From: Myxococcales bacterium
Lineage (GTDB): Bacteria; Myxococcota_C; UBA6777
Reading direction: 5' to 3'
DNA: 43,259 bases
NCBI GenBank assembly: GCA_027005175.1
Contig: JALTMC010000623.1
Location: forward strand, 1-43,259
The notes below the pieces were generated by a model. That model was not told the DNA's origin. It worked only from the letters and a program-made list of their open reading frames with translations, and searched no databases. Positions 14,863 through 24,019 of this stretch are shown in pieces. Made by a program: the position numbers and the translations under genes. Within the stretch, counting starts at the first letter, position 1; every line of letters starts with the position of its first letter.

Positions 14863-16440
14863 ATGAATACCAGTAAGCCCTCGGCGTGGCGTTATCCTCA
14901 TCCAGATCTTTCTCTTCCCCATTTTCCGGAGCCGGGGTCGGTAGAGGAGGTGGCTGCTTTTCACCAACTGCAATCGTTATTGCCAGGTATCTTTCGGGAT
15001 GTTTTTCCCGACCCTTTGGTTCCTCGGACAGTTGTTGTGATTCCCAGTCTTTCTCTCGATCCTCGGGAGCTTTCGAAGATCTCAGGAGTTCATCACTACG
15101 AAGAGCGCATGCTGTGTATGCTGATGCTGCTTCGCCTTCCATGTACTCGTGTGGTCTTTGTGACAAGCCAGCCGATTGCACCCACCATCATTGATTACTT
15201 TTTGGGCTTGCTTCACGGTATTCCTGGAAGTCATGCTCGCAAACGCTTAAAGCTGTTGAGTTGTCACGACGCCTCTGCCATCCCTTTAAGCCAGAAGATC
15301 CTTCTGCGTCCTCGTTTGTTGCAACGTCTGCGCGAGCTGGTTCCCACAGGAACAACCAATCACATGACATGCTTTAATGCGACAGCGTTGGAGCGCACAC
15401 TTACTGTACGTTTGGGGCTTCCTTTGTATGCATGCGATCCTGACTTGGCGTATCTGGGCTCCAAGTCAGGTGGACGAGGTATCTTTCGTGAGGCTGGTAT
15501 AGCCTTGCCTGATGGCTTTGAAAACCTTCGCGATGCGAAAGATATCGCTGCATCGTTGGCAGCATTGAAGCGGCGCAATCCTACGTTGCGAAAATCGGTT
15601 GTGAAGCTCAATGAAGGCTTCTCGGGGGAAGGGAATGCGATCTTTCACATGACGGAGGACGCGGAGGAAGCGAACCTGGAGGCGAAGATCCTGAACCGTT
15701 TACCTCGGGAACTCAAGTATGAAGCCGCTGGAGAGAGTTGGGCTTCTTTCGAACAAAAATTTGAACAAATGCAAGGTATCGTCGAGTGTTTCGTGGAAGG
15801 AGAAGACAAACGCTCTCCGTCGGTTCAGTGTCGAATTGAGCCGACCCACGAGGTGAGTGTCTTGTCCACTCATGACCAGGTGCTGGGTGGACCTTCGGGT
15901 CAGGTCTTTCTTGGCTGTACCTTCCCTGCGGTGTCGGAGTACCGACTGGATATTCAAGATGCTGGTGAGAAGGTTGCAAAGGCACTTCTCAAACACGGAG
16001 CCCTCGGGCGTTTTGGTGTGGACTTTATCTCTGTCAAAGAACAAGGTGTCTGGAAGCATTACGCCATCGAAATCAACTTGCGCAAAGGTGGAACCACACA
16101 TCCCTTTATGACTCTTCAGTTTCTTGCCGATGGCTCGTATGACATGGACTCCGGGCTGTATCGTACTCCTGCTGGACAGTCCCGATACTACTATGCTTCC
16201 GATAACTTGGAGAGTGAAAACTACAAAGGTCTATCGCCTGAAGACCTCATCGATATCGCTGTGTTTCACAACCTACACTTTCACGGTGCCACCCAACAGG
16301 GTGTTGCTTTTCATCTCATTGGGGCTCTCTCCGAGTTTGGAAAACTGGGTGTCCTTTGTATTGGTGATAGTCCGGACAATGCCTACAAACTCTATCAAAC
16401 AACGGTTGATGTTCTCGACAAAGCAACGGACCGTCTTTAA
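14863..16440 (+). CDS. ATP-grasp enzyme of the PGM1-like / pre-ATP-grasp peptide-ligase type
   Basis: RTVVVIPSLSLDPRELSKISGVHHYEERMLCMLMLLRLPCTRVVFVTSQP (pre-ATP-grasp-like), then ...KSGGRGIFREAGIALPDG...VVKLNEGFSGEGN...FGVDFI...YAIEINLRKGGTTHP (ATP-grasp core). Start at 14863 has GGAG 5 nt upstream. In-frame alternatives are ATG 14710 and GTG 14695. Confidence 0.6.
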   Translation: MNTSKPSAWRYPHPDLSLPHFPEPGSVEEVAAFHQLQSLLPGIFRDVFPDPLVPRTVVVIPSLSLDPRELSKISGVHHYEERMLCMLMLLRLPCTRVVFVTSQPIAPTIIDYFLGLLHGIPGSHARKRLKLLSCHDASAIPLSQKILLRPRLLQRLRELVPTGTTNHMTCFNATALERTLTVRLGLPLYACDPDLAYLGSKSGGRGIFREAGIALPDGFENLRDAKDIAASLAALKRRNPTLRKSVVKLNEGFSGEGNAIFHMTEDAEEANLEAKILNRLPRELKYEAAGESWASFEQKFEQMQGIVECFVEGEDKRSPSVQCRIEPTHEVSVLSTHDQVLGGPSGQVFLGCTFPAVSEYRLDIQDAGEKVAKALLKHGALGRFGVDFISVKEQGVWKHYAIEINLRKGGTTHPFMTLQFLADGSYDMDSGLYRTPAGQSRYYYASDNLESENYKGLSPEDLIDIAVFHNLHFHGATQQGVAFHLIGALSEFGKLGVLCIGDSPDNAYKLYQTTVDVLDKATDRL

Positions 16441-16757
16441 CCTTTAGGAGCCGTGAGTGAAGATCTGGGTTAATCTTCAATAAGAATCATTAAATGCAAC
16501 AGAGTGCTGCCATTTTTTTGGTGGAATGCGCTCTCATCCTTTATGCTGAAATTCAGTTGTATAGGATGGATGGTGTCTGTCGTACCAAAAGTCGCTTAAA
16601 GCCACTTCCTGGTTGCGGGTTTGGAAGGAACGATGGGCGGCCACGAAGCGAGACTGCGGAAGCCGTCCCACAGGGGTAGAGCCGTGGGCTGAGTCGAGTG
16701 GATTTCGTGGGGGAGGAGGTCAACTTTAAGGTGAAGGGTATAGGTTTGTGAGTCACT

Positions 16758-18341
16758 ATGGTTGAAAAGGACAAAGAGCTGCTGGGAGCGCGAATTCAGG
16801 ATCTCATACACGATTATCAGGTCGATCCGCAAAAGCTACTTAAGTTGGCTCAGGAACGAGCGATTCGGGCTGCTGCACAGAATTTAACACCTTCCCAAGA
16901 CAGCCTTCCTGCGGTTCCCCATGAACTACAGACGTTGGGTTCTTATGAGCTTATGACCTTGCTTGGCCGAGGCGGGACAGGGAAGGTTTACAAAGCCCGA
17001 CACAGGGAGAGTGATGATATTGTTGCTCTCAAGATCCTCTCTCCTCACTACCTCTCTGATGAACATCGGTTGTTGCGCTTCTATATGGAAGCAGAGGCTG
17101 CTTCCTGTCTGAAGCATCCGAGCATCGTACACATTCACAAGGTGGATGATGAGCGTGGCTATCACTACATGGTGATGGATTATGTGGATGGCATTGAACT
17201 CTCTGAGTTGGTGGAAGACGAGCCCTTGTCGGCTGATACTGCTGCACGTATCGTCATGGTGATCGCTGAAGTGATGGACTATGTCCATCGTCAAGGTATT
17301 TTGCACCGCGATCTCAAGCCTTCGAATGTTATGATTGATACCAAAGGAAAGCTGTGGGTGACGGATTTTGGTATCGCAAAATTACAGTCTGGCTCAAGCA
17401 CTGTCACCACCACGGGTATGTTATTGGGGACACCAAGTTATATGCCTCCCGAACAGGTTGGTGGTAAGAGTGACTCTCTCGGTCCAACCTGTGATATCTA
17501 TTCTCTCGGCGCGATGCTCTACGAGATGCTCACGATGGAGCCTCCTTTTCAAGGAGATTCACCCTACGAAACTCTGCAGATGGTGCTACACAACACACCC
17601 AAGTTGCCGCGAGAAATCAATCAAAACATTCCCAAGGTTTTGGAGTCCATTTGTCTCAAATGTTTGGAGAAAGATCCAAAGAATCGGTACGCTTCTTCGG
17701 CTGACCTCGCGGCTGATCTCAAGTCATTTCTTTCTGGAAACGCAGTGCAAGCCTCTGGTGGTGGTCTTTTGCGACAAGCCTTAGGACCTGCCACAGCATC
17801 TCCAGCATCTCTCTGTGAGCCAGATGTCATGGAGCGCTGGGGGCGAATCCTGCGTTGGTATGCGCTTCTATGGCTCTCCTTGTGTCTGGCATCTCAACTG
17901 CTTCTTTGGGGAAGCGTAAACAGCAAGACTTCATTGACCCTTCTCTGGAGCTGTGGCGGTGTGGCCCTTCTCTCTGTCTTTCTAAGTTATCGCTTTTATA
18001 GGCTCAAGGCTCTGACTTCGGTGGAACGTCAAGCACTCGGGATCTTGTGTGTCTTCTTGCTTGGATTTGGTGCATTTGTGATGATGCAAATATCTCTTCC
18101 AGGGATGCATGGTTCGATCCATTCACGTATGCAGTTCATCTCTTTTGGACTCTTTCTCTCTGCCATCGCCTTTGGTTGTTTGTGTGTTGTCGTGGATGGC
18201 TCTTTTCTTTTTCTTGCCCTCGCTCTCCTCGGTATGCCCTTGGTTCACCTCTATTGGCCCCATCTCTTCTTTCTGATTCTTGGCCTGCTCCTCGCTGTCG
18301 GCTTCTATCTCCCCGGGCAACGATTCGCACGAGCGGGGTGA
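16758..18341 (+). CDS. Hanks-type Ser/Thr protein kinase with C-terminal polytopic membrane domain
   Basis: LGRGGTGKVYKA, VALKIL, HRDLKPSNVMID, DFGIAK, GTPSYMPPEQ, then ~5 hydrophobic helices. Confidence 0.9.
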   Translation: MVEKDKELLGARIQDLIHDYQVDPQKLLKLAQERAIRAAAQNLTPSQDSLPAVPHELQTLGSYELMTLLGRGGTGKVYKARHRESDDIVALKILSPHYLSDEHRLLRFYMEAEAASCLKHPSIVHIHKVDDERGYHYMVMDYVDGIELSELVEDEPLSADTAARIVMVIAEVMDYVHRQGILHRDLKPSNVMIDTKGKLWVTDFGIAKLQSGSSTVTTTGMLLGTPSYMPPEQVGGKSDSLGPTCDIYSLGAMLYEMLTMEPPFQGDSPYETLQMVLHNTPKLPREINQNIPKVLESICLKCLEKDPKNRYASSADLAADLKSFLSGNAVQASGGGLLRQALGPATASPASLCEPDVMERWGRILRWYALLWLSLCLASQLLLWGSVNSKTSLTLLWSCGGVALLSVFLSYRFYRLKALTSVERQALGILCVFLLGFGAFVMMQISLPGMHGSIHSRMQFISFGLFLSAIAFGCLCVVVDGSFLFLALALLGMPLVHLYWPHLFFLILGLLLAVGFYLPGQRFARAG

Positions 18342-18356
18342 AACGCGATCCACAGG

Positions 18357-18662
18357 TCATTCTGTTAAAGGCTTGCACACAGGTAGGGAGATAAGGGAAA
18401 CATAGAGACTCTGGCACGAAGGTGCTGTGCCATTCATAAACTGCTTGCACTCTGTGGTTTGTGTTTTTTCTTCCTCTGTCTTTTTCTCTTCCAGTTTATT
18501 TATGAACTGATTACAACAGTGTTTGAGTGCCTCACAACATCGAGTTGTGTCTATTGTTTTGTTGGGGGCGGGGCCAGGGCAAACATCAACAGGTCCATTG
18601 CAGGCCAGGGCAAGTAACAAACAAGAGGCGAGAGATACGATTCCAGTGACAAAACGTTTCAT
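18357..18662 (-). CDS. Small Cys-rich secreted protein / putative lipoprotein (101 aa)
   Basis: AAGGGA 4 nt upstream of the ATG. Signal peptide MKRFVTGIVSLASCLLLALA-C, then 9 more Cys (CPGP..., RCCEALKHCCNQF). Confidence 0.45.
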   Translation of the reverse strand: MKRFVTGIVSLASCLLLALACNGPVDVCPGPAPNKTIDTTRCCEALKHCCNQFINKLEEKKTEEEKTQTTECKQFMNGTAPSCQSLYVSLISLPVCKPLTE

Positions 18663-18868
18663 AATATCCCTTTTTTATGTGTAGCTTATGTGTACCAGGA
18701 ACACAGAAACAAAGAGCTTCCATGCTTCTTTCCGTTGCAAAAGTATCACAGTTCGCGAAGGCGATTCAATGAGGTTGCGTTCGGACTGAACTTTGACTTG
18801 AATGGATTGGACTCGCTATAGTGTTTGTGAGTCGGTGGTTGTGACGTGGTATGTAGACTCAAGATCAT

Positions 18869-19420
18869 ATGAATGACAAGGAGAGGTCATTGTACTTCAA
18901 CAAAAATAGACAAAGCTTCTTATGCTTGGGCTTACTTGGATTTCTGCTTTTGGGGTGTCATACCGTGAAAGACAAAGAGTCCCCTGCTGCACCCAAAAGC
19001 CAACTGGCCTATCGAGCCAAAGTTTTCAATCAGTTTTTGCGGTGGCGTTCCTACAAGCGTGCAAAGGAGTTAGTGGCACCGGGGTTGCGCTCCAAGTATA
19101 TGATGAAGTGGGAGAAAGAGCGTGGTCGTGTGAATATCACAGGGACGGATGTCCGTGATATTACAGTGCAGAAAAATGGCAAAGAGGCACACGTTTTGGT
19201 GGTGCATCAGCGTTATACATCACGTCGGCCCGCCTTAAAACGCATTGTGTTTCGGCAAAAATGGGTCGCACACGAAGGAGTTTGGTTTTATGTGGGAAAG
19301 CCTGTTGAGCGTGCTGCTTCAAAGCTCCGTGTACCCAAAACACCTGTGAAGCCGCCTGTAAAACCACGCCCACGTCGAACTGTGACACCTGGACCTAAGA
19401 GATCTTCGAACTCCTCGTAG
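18869..19420 (+). CDS. Lipoprotein of unknown function with Pro/Lys/Arg-rich C-terminal tail
   Basis: Lipobox LLLG-C after a hydrophobic core (FLCLGLLGFLLLGC). In-frame TTG at 18890 preceded by AAGGAG is an alternative start. Tail: VPKTPVKPPVKPRPRRTVTPGPKR. Confidence 0.55.
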   Translation: MNDKERSLYFNKNRQSFLCLGLLGFLLLGCHTVKDKESPAAPKSQLAYRAKVFNQFLRWRSYKRAKELVAPGLRSKYMMKWEKERGRVNITGTDVRDITVQKNGKEAHVLVVHQRYTSRRPALKRIVFRQKWVAHEGVWFYVGKPVERAASKLRVPKTPVKPPVKPRPRRTVTPGPKRSSNSS

Positions 19421-19433
19421 CGTGGGACACTCC

Positions 19434-19618
19434 TGCCATGACAAAAGTCTGGGGTATGGTGGGTCGGTTGAGGTATGCAAGGTTCAGAGGGCACAGTCTC
19501 TGTGTTCGAATGACAAAGGTTTGGGATGTGATGGGTCGGAGAGCCTGTTGGAAGACTGCGTTGAAAGTATGGAAAGCGGATTGCCATGACAAAAGTGTGG
19601 AGTGACATTGACTGGTCG
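19434..19618 (+). repeat. Three copies (72- and 76-bp period) of the 5' end of the M20 peptidase gene, two of them upstream of the real start
   Basis: gccATGACAAAAGTCTGGGGT..GGGTCGG (ATG 19438), gaATGACAAAGGTTTGGGAT..GGGTCGG (ATG 19510), gccATGACAAAAGTGTGGAGT...GGTCGC (ATG 19586, the CDS start). Confidence 0.85.
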
Positions 19619-20938
19619 CAGGTCGGGCAAGAGGCGGTTCGAGATCTGCAACAATTATTGCAAATCGATACGACCAATCCACCCGGTCGAGAACTCGCAG
19701 CTGCCGAGTTTTTGGCCGATCGTTTGCGTGAAGACGAGCTGGAGCCCGAGATCCTTCTTGTGGAAAAGGAGCGAGCCAATCTTGTGGTGCGCTTGGAGGG
19801 GTCAGAGAATTTAGCTCCCTTACTGATCAGTGGACATACCGACGTTGTTCCAGCAATGGGAGACTGGACGTACCCTCCTTTTGGTGGTGTGATCTCGGAT
19901 GGCTTTCTTTGGGGTCGTGGTGCCATCGATATGAAGAATATGGTCATCATGTGTTTGTGGGCGATGAAGCTCCTCTCGCGAGTTAAGAAGTCTCTCCGCC
20001 GAACCGTGATCTTTGCCGCTGTTGCTGATGAAGAAGCGGGCAGCCGGAAGGGCTCTCACTGGTTGGTCGACAATCATCCTGACAAAATTCGTGCGGGCTC
20101 TATGCTCACGGAAGTGGGGGGGTTTTCTTTGCATATGATGGGGCGTCGGTTTTACCCCATTCAGGTTGCTGAAAAAGGGCAAGCTACCGTGGAAATGAAG
20201 GCTACAGGAGATGCTGGTCATGGCTCTATGCCCATGACGGACAATGCTATCGGAAGGCTGGCCCATGCTGTGTCCAAACTAGTACGCCATAACTTACCTC
20301 GTCATATGACATCCACGCAGGAAGCGTTCTTGCGGCAGCTCGCAGAGAATATGCCTCTTGGTGTAAAACAAGTCTTCTCTTTGTTACGCACACCATTGGC
20401 TGACCAATTCCTACGGTTGTTGCCGGAGTCACAGGCCAGGCCTCTGCGTGCTTGTTTGCACAACACCGCTTCTCCTACGATCCTCAAGGCTGGAGTCAAA
20501 GACAATAGCATCCCTTCCGAAGCAACCGCTACGCTCGACTGTCGAACCTTGCCAGGCCAAACCATTCAAGACCTACTGCGTGAGCTTCACGATCTTGTGG
20601 GTCGCGATGTTACCTTCCATGTCCTTCATGAACAGCCTCCCATCTCCATGGAAAATCATCACACTGATCTGTATCAGCTGATGTGTGATACCCTTCTTCG
20701 TTATGACCCAGAAGGTGTCCCTCTTCCACAAATGCTTCCCGGCTTCACCGACGCCAAGGCATACAGCCGTCTCGGGATGAAATGCTATGGGTTTGCTCCA
20801 CTCAAGCTGCCCAAAGATGTCGCCTTTACCTCCCTCTTTCACGGCGTTGATGAACGTATCCCTGTTGATGGATTTCAATGGGGACTGCGTGTCTTCGCTG
20901 ATGTGGTTGCATCCTATGCCGGAATTCACACCAAATAG
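19586..20938 (+). CDS. M20-family metallopeptidase (ArgE/DapE/CPG2-like)
   Basis: LLISGHTDVVPA...W.YPPFGG...GFLWGRGAIDMK, ADEEAGS, AGHGSMP. Confidence 0.85.
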   Translation: MTKVWSDIDWSQVGQEAVRDLQQLLQIDTTNPPGRELAAAEFLADRLREDELEPEILLVEKERANLVVRLEGSENLAPLLISGHTDVVPAMGDWTYPPFGGVISDGFLWGRGAIDMKNMVIMCLWAMKLLSRVKKSLRRTVIFAAVADEEAGSRKGSHWLVDNHPDKIRAGSMLTEVGGFSLHMMGRRFYPIQVAEKGQATVEMKATGDAGHGSMPMTDNAIGRLAHAVSKLVRHNLPRHMTSTQEAFLRQLAENMPLGVKQVFSLLRTPLADQFLRLLPESQARPLRACLHNTASPTILKAGVKDNSIPSEATATLDCRTLPGQTIQDLLRELHDLVGRDVTFHVLHEQPPISMENHHTDLYQLMCDTLLRYDPEGVPLPQMLPGFTDAKAYSRLGMKCYGFAPLKLPKDVAFTSLFHGVDERIPVDGFQWGLRVFADVVASYAGIHTK

Positions 20939-20964
20939 ATGACTGTCGTCTTGGGTGAGGACAT

Positions 20965-23763
20965 ATGAAGAAGAGAAATCTATTTTTCATCAATCTGATC
21001 ACTATGATTGTCTACTATGGAGGAGGAAAGCTTGGTGTTTGGCTATCCTTTGATACTGGGTATGTCAACGCGATCTGGCCTCCAGCAGGACTCTCTCTCT
21101 CGTGCGTGTTGCTCTTGGGGTATCAGTCGATTCCAGGTGTTCTCGTTGGTGCGTTTGCTTTCAATGTAGAGAGACTTCTCACCGCGAGTGGAAGTCCTTA
21201 CTTGTGGTCCAGCGCTGCTATGATTGCATTGGGCTCCACACTGCAGGTCTGCTTTGGTGTGGTCCTTGTTCGCAGATATCTTAACTTCCCCAACGCATTA
21301 GAGCTTGCGCGAGATGTTCTTCTGTTTGTTGCTCTTGCTGGCCTTTCCTGTGTTCTCGCTCCTACTGTTGGAGTCTCAACGCTTGCATACCAAGGGGTCC
21401 TTGCATGGTCGCAGTTCTTTGAAAACTGGTGGCTCTGGTGGCTTGGTGATGCCTTTGGTGCCATTGTTTTTGGACCCCTTACCCTGTTGCTTTTTTGCCC
21501 AGTTTCGGCTGTTACTCGACGTCGCAAAATGCTGGTTTTGATCCCAACTATGCTTGTCTTTGCATTCACTCTTTATTTGTTCTTTATGGCACATCGCTGG
21601 GGAGAGGGGCAAAGTCAGGCTCAACTCCATGCTGTGATTGAGAGATCTTCTGCTCAAGTCCTTGAAAAATACGGAAAATATCGACAAGTGTTGTCTTCGA
21701 TTCGTCGTTTTTTTAATGCCTCAAAGACTGTAGAGCGAGGAGAGTTTCGGTCTTTTGTTACAGAGGTACTGGCACATACAAAGGGAATTCAGGCACTCGA
21801 ATGGATCCCCAAAGTTCGAAAGAAGGACACCTCAACACTGATCGCAAAAGCAAGAAAAGCTGGGCTTTCCGAGTTTTTATTAACGGAGGTCAACAAACAG
21901 GGGGTCTTGGTCCGGGTCAAACCTCGCCATGAATACTATCCCGTTTTTTTTGTGGAGCCTTTTCAAAACAATCGCTCTGCTTTGGGTTTTGACCTAGCCT
22001 CCGAGAGAAAACGTCGAAAAGCCCTTGAACAAGCTAGAGATCTAGGGCTTGATGTGGCAACTCCGCCGCTTTCTTTGGTTCAGAGTAAGGACCAGAGGCA
22101 ACGTTTTTTGGTCTTTGTTCCAATCTATCGCTCTCCGGAAGTACCTAAGGAGCTTTCTCGTCGACGAAGGCTGCTGCGTGGCTTTGCATTGGGTGTCTTT
22201 CAAGTGAAGGATATGTTGGATTCGATAACACAGGATCTGCGAGCGAAGAAAATAGAATTTTCCATTCATGATGTGACAGACTCCAACCATCCACAGATTC
22301 TCAAAGCGTGCTTGCACAACAAGCCAACAACCCTCTCTCAAACTGTGCGTCTTCCGGTTGGGCAACGATTATGGGAACTGCGATTTGTTCCAGATTCTAT
22401 TTTTTACTCTGCCATACGACAGTGGCATATCTGGTACGTTCTGGTGGGAGGGGTTTTTATTACTTCGGTGTTTTCCATTCTTCTGTTGCTGATTACAGGA
22501 CACACCAGTCTCGTGGAGCGGCTTGTCCATGAGAAAACACAAGACCTGGCAGCAGCCAAGGAAGAAGCGGAGTCATCGAACTTGATGAAGTCTGAGTTTC
22601 TGGCAAGCATGAGTCATGAACTTCGAACGCCGATGAATGGTGTGATTGGATTGACAGAGTTGTTGTTGGATACTGAGCTGACAGAGAAACAACGGCTACA
22701 TTTGCGTCATGTCTTGCGCTCCGCAGAAAGCTTATTGGAGATCTTAAATGATATCCTGGACTTCTCAAAAATTGAAGCGGGCAAGTTGGAGATCCATAGG
22801 GAGCCATTCCATCTGAGCAGCACCGTCAGAGATGTGATTGATATGCTTTCGCTCAGCGCGGTGGAGAAGGGGTTGGCCTTCCATTATGAGGAGGAAGAGG
22901 GGCTTCCCCAGTATCTTTTGGGGGATGCGTTGCGTATTCGACAGGTACTCTACAATCTTGTTGGGAATGCAATCAAGTTCACGGAGGAAGGCTACATTCG
23001 AGTTCGTATTGAAAGTCTTAAGGACGAACCAGTCTCTGGCAAAGTTATCCTCAAATTTATGGTTGAGGATTCAGGAATCGGGATTGAAGAGGAGCAGAAA
23101 AAATACATTTTTGAGAAGTTTACACAGGCCGACGCATCCACAACACGCAAAGCGGGTGGGACAGGGTTAGGTCTGGCCATTAGCCGTCAGATTGTTGAAC
23201 TCCTTGGTGGTGAGATAAACTTGGAGAGCACACCGGGTTACGGTTCGACTTTTTGCTTTTCGTTGCCCCTTGAGCGGGATAGACAGAGAGAACAACGCTC
23301 GGAAGATGTTGCCGCGAAAGAGTCTGTTCTCGGAAAAAAACTTTATACAGGGACACGTATTTTGGTTGTGGAGGATAATCTCTTGAATGCCAGAATTACC
23401 TCTGAAATGTTGAAACGATTGGGTTGTGAGGTTGAGGTCGCGAAGGATGGTGTCGAAGCTCTTCAGAAATACGCAAATGATGAGACATTCTCCTTGATTC
23501 TCATGGACTGTCATATGCCGACAATGGATGGATTTGAGGCATCGCGTCAAATCATAACCCTAAGGTCAGAGAGGTCTCTTCCCTTTGTGCCTATTGTTGC
23601 ACTGACAGCCGATGCGATGGTGGGAGATCGAGAGCGGTGTTTGACGGCAGGTATGGATGATTATCTAAGCAAGCCTCTGCGTTCAAAAGATCTCACTGTG
23701 ATTCTGGAGAAGTGGATACGAAGAGACGGTCACTTCGGGCCATCCAACCCGGAGCATTCGTGA
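20965..23763 (+). CDS. Hybrid sensor histidine kinase: MASE1 membrane domain - CHASE-like periplasmic domain - HisKA - HATPase - receiver
   Basis: N-terminal polytopic region ([13 protein letters not shown]...[10 protein letters not shown]), [10 protein letters not shown] (CHASE-like), [18 protein letters not shown] (H-box), [18 protein letters not shown] (G2), [10 protein letters not shown]...[13 protein letters not shown]...LSKPL (REC). Confidence 0.9.
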   Translation: MKKRNLFFINLITMIVYYGGGKLGVWLSFDTGYVNAIWPPAGLSLSCVLLLGYQSIPGVLVGAFAFNVERLLTASGSPYLWSSAAMIALGSTLQVCFGVVLVRRYLNFPNALELARDVLLFVALAGLSCVLAPTVGVSTLAYQGVLAWSQFFENWWLWWLGDAFGAIVFGPLTLLLFCPVSAVTRRRKMLVLIPTMLVFAFTLYLFFMAHRWGEGQSQAQLHAVIERSSAQVLEKYGKYRQVLSSIRRFFNASKTVERGEFRSFVTEVLAHTKGIQALEWIPKVRKKDTSTLIAKARKAGLSEFLLTEVNKQGVLVRVKPRHEYYPVFFVEPFQNNRSALGFDLASERKRRKALEQARDLGLDVATPPLSLVQSKDQRQRFLVFVPIYRSPEVPKELSRRRRLLRGFALGVFQVKDMLDSITQDLRAKKIEFSIHDVTDSNHPQILKACLHNKPTTLSQTVRLPVGQRLWELRFVPDSIFYSAIRQWHIWYVLVGGVFITSVFSILLLLITGHTSLVERLVHEKTQDLAAAKEEAESSNLMKSEFLASMSHELRTPMNGVIGLTELLLDTELTEKQRLHLRHVLRSAESLLEILNDILDFSKIEAGKLEIHREPFHLSSTVRDVIDMLSLSAVEKGLAFHYEEEEGLPQYLLGDALRIRQVLYNLVGNAIKFTEEGYIRVRIESLKDEPVSGKVILKFMVEDSGIGIEEEQKKYIFEKFTQADASTTRKAGGTGLGLAISRQIVELLGGEINLESTPGYGSTFCFSLPLERDRQREQRSEDVAAKESVLGKKLYTGTRILVVEDNLLNARITSEMLKRLGCEVEVAKDGVEALQKYANDETFSLILMDCHMPTMDGFEASRQIITLRSERSLPFVPIVALTADAMVGDRERCLTAGMDDYLSKPLRSKDLTVILEKWIRRDGHFGPSNPEHS

Positions 23764-23771
23764 ATATTCGG

Positions 23772-23945
23772 GATCGTTTCCATACGATCGTTCCCATACT
23801 CTTTGAACATTCGAGATCGTTCCCATGCTCTTTGAACACTCAAGATCGTTCCCATGCTCTTTGAACATTCGAGATCGTTCCCATGCGATCGTTCCGATGC
23901 TCTTTGAACACTCGGGATTGTTTCCATGCGATCGTTTCTATGTTT
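23772..23945. repeat. Mosaic tandem array: 14-bp core GATCGTTYCCATRC x9, four of them extended to 29-bp units (core + tctttgaacaYtcRR)
   Basis: 29-bp units at 23786, 23815, 23844 and 23887. 14-bp-only units at 23772, 23873 and 23916. The array begins 9 nt after the kinase stop and lies between convergent genes. Confidence 0.9.
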
Positions 23946-24019
23946 TTGGCATCCGAGAATCGATTTTGATGCTTATGAACTTGATCTCGCAAGGAACAAC
24001 ATGAGTCGAGTCGTTCGGG

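Noticed and set aside
16441-16757. 317-bp GC-rich intergenic region upstream of the kinase as a possible structured ncRNA or riboswitch.
   Set aside because: I could not recognise any known riboswitch, RNase P, 6S or tmRNA signature. Only a short 5-bp hairpin (cccac...gtggg) is present. Left unannotated.
23683-23927. Two minus-strand ORFs (61 and 65 aa) with repetitive peptides (MGTI.SVQRAWERS).
   Set aside because: They are direct translations of the 29-bp tandem array.
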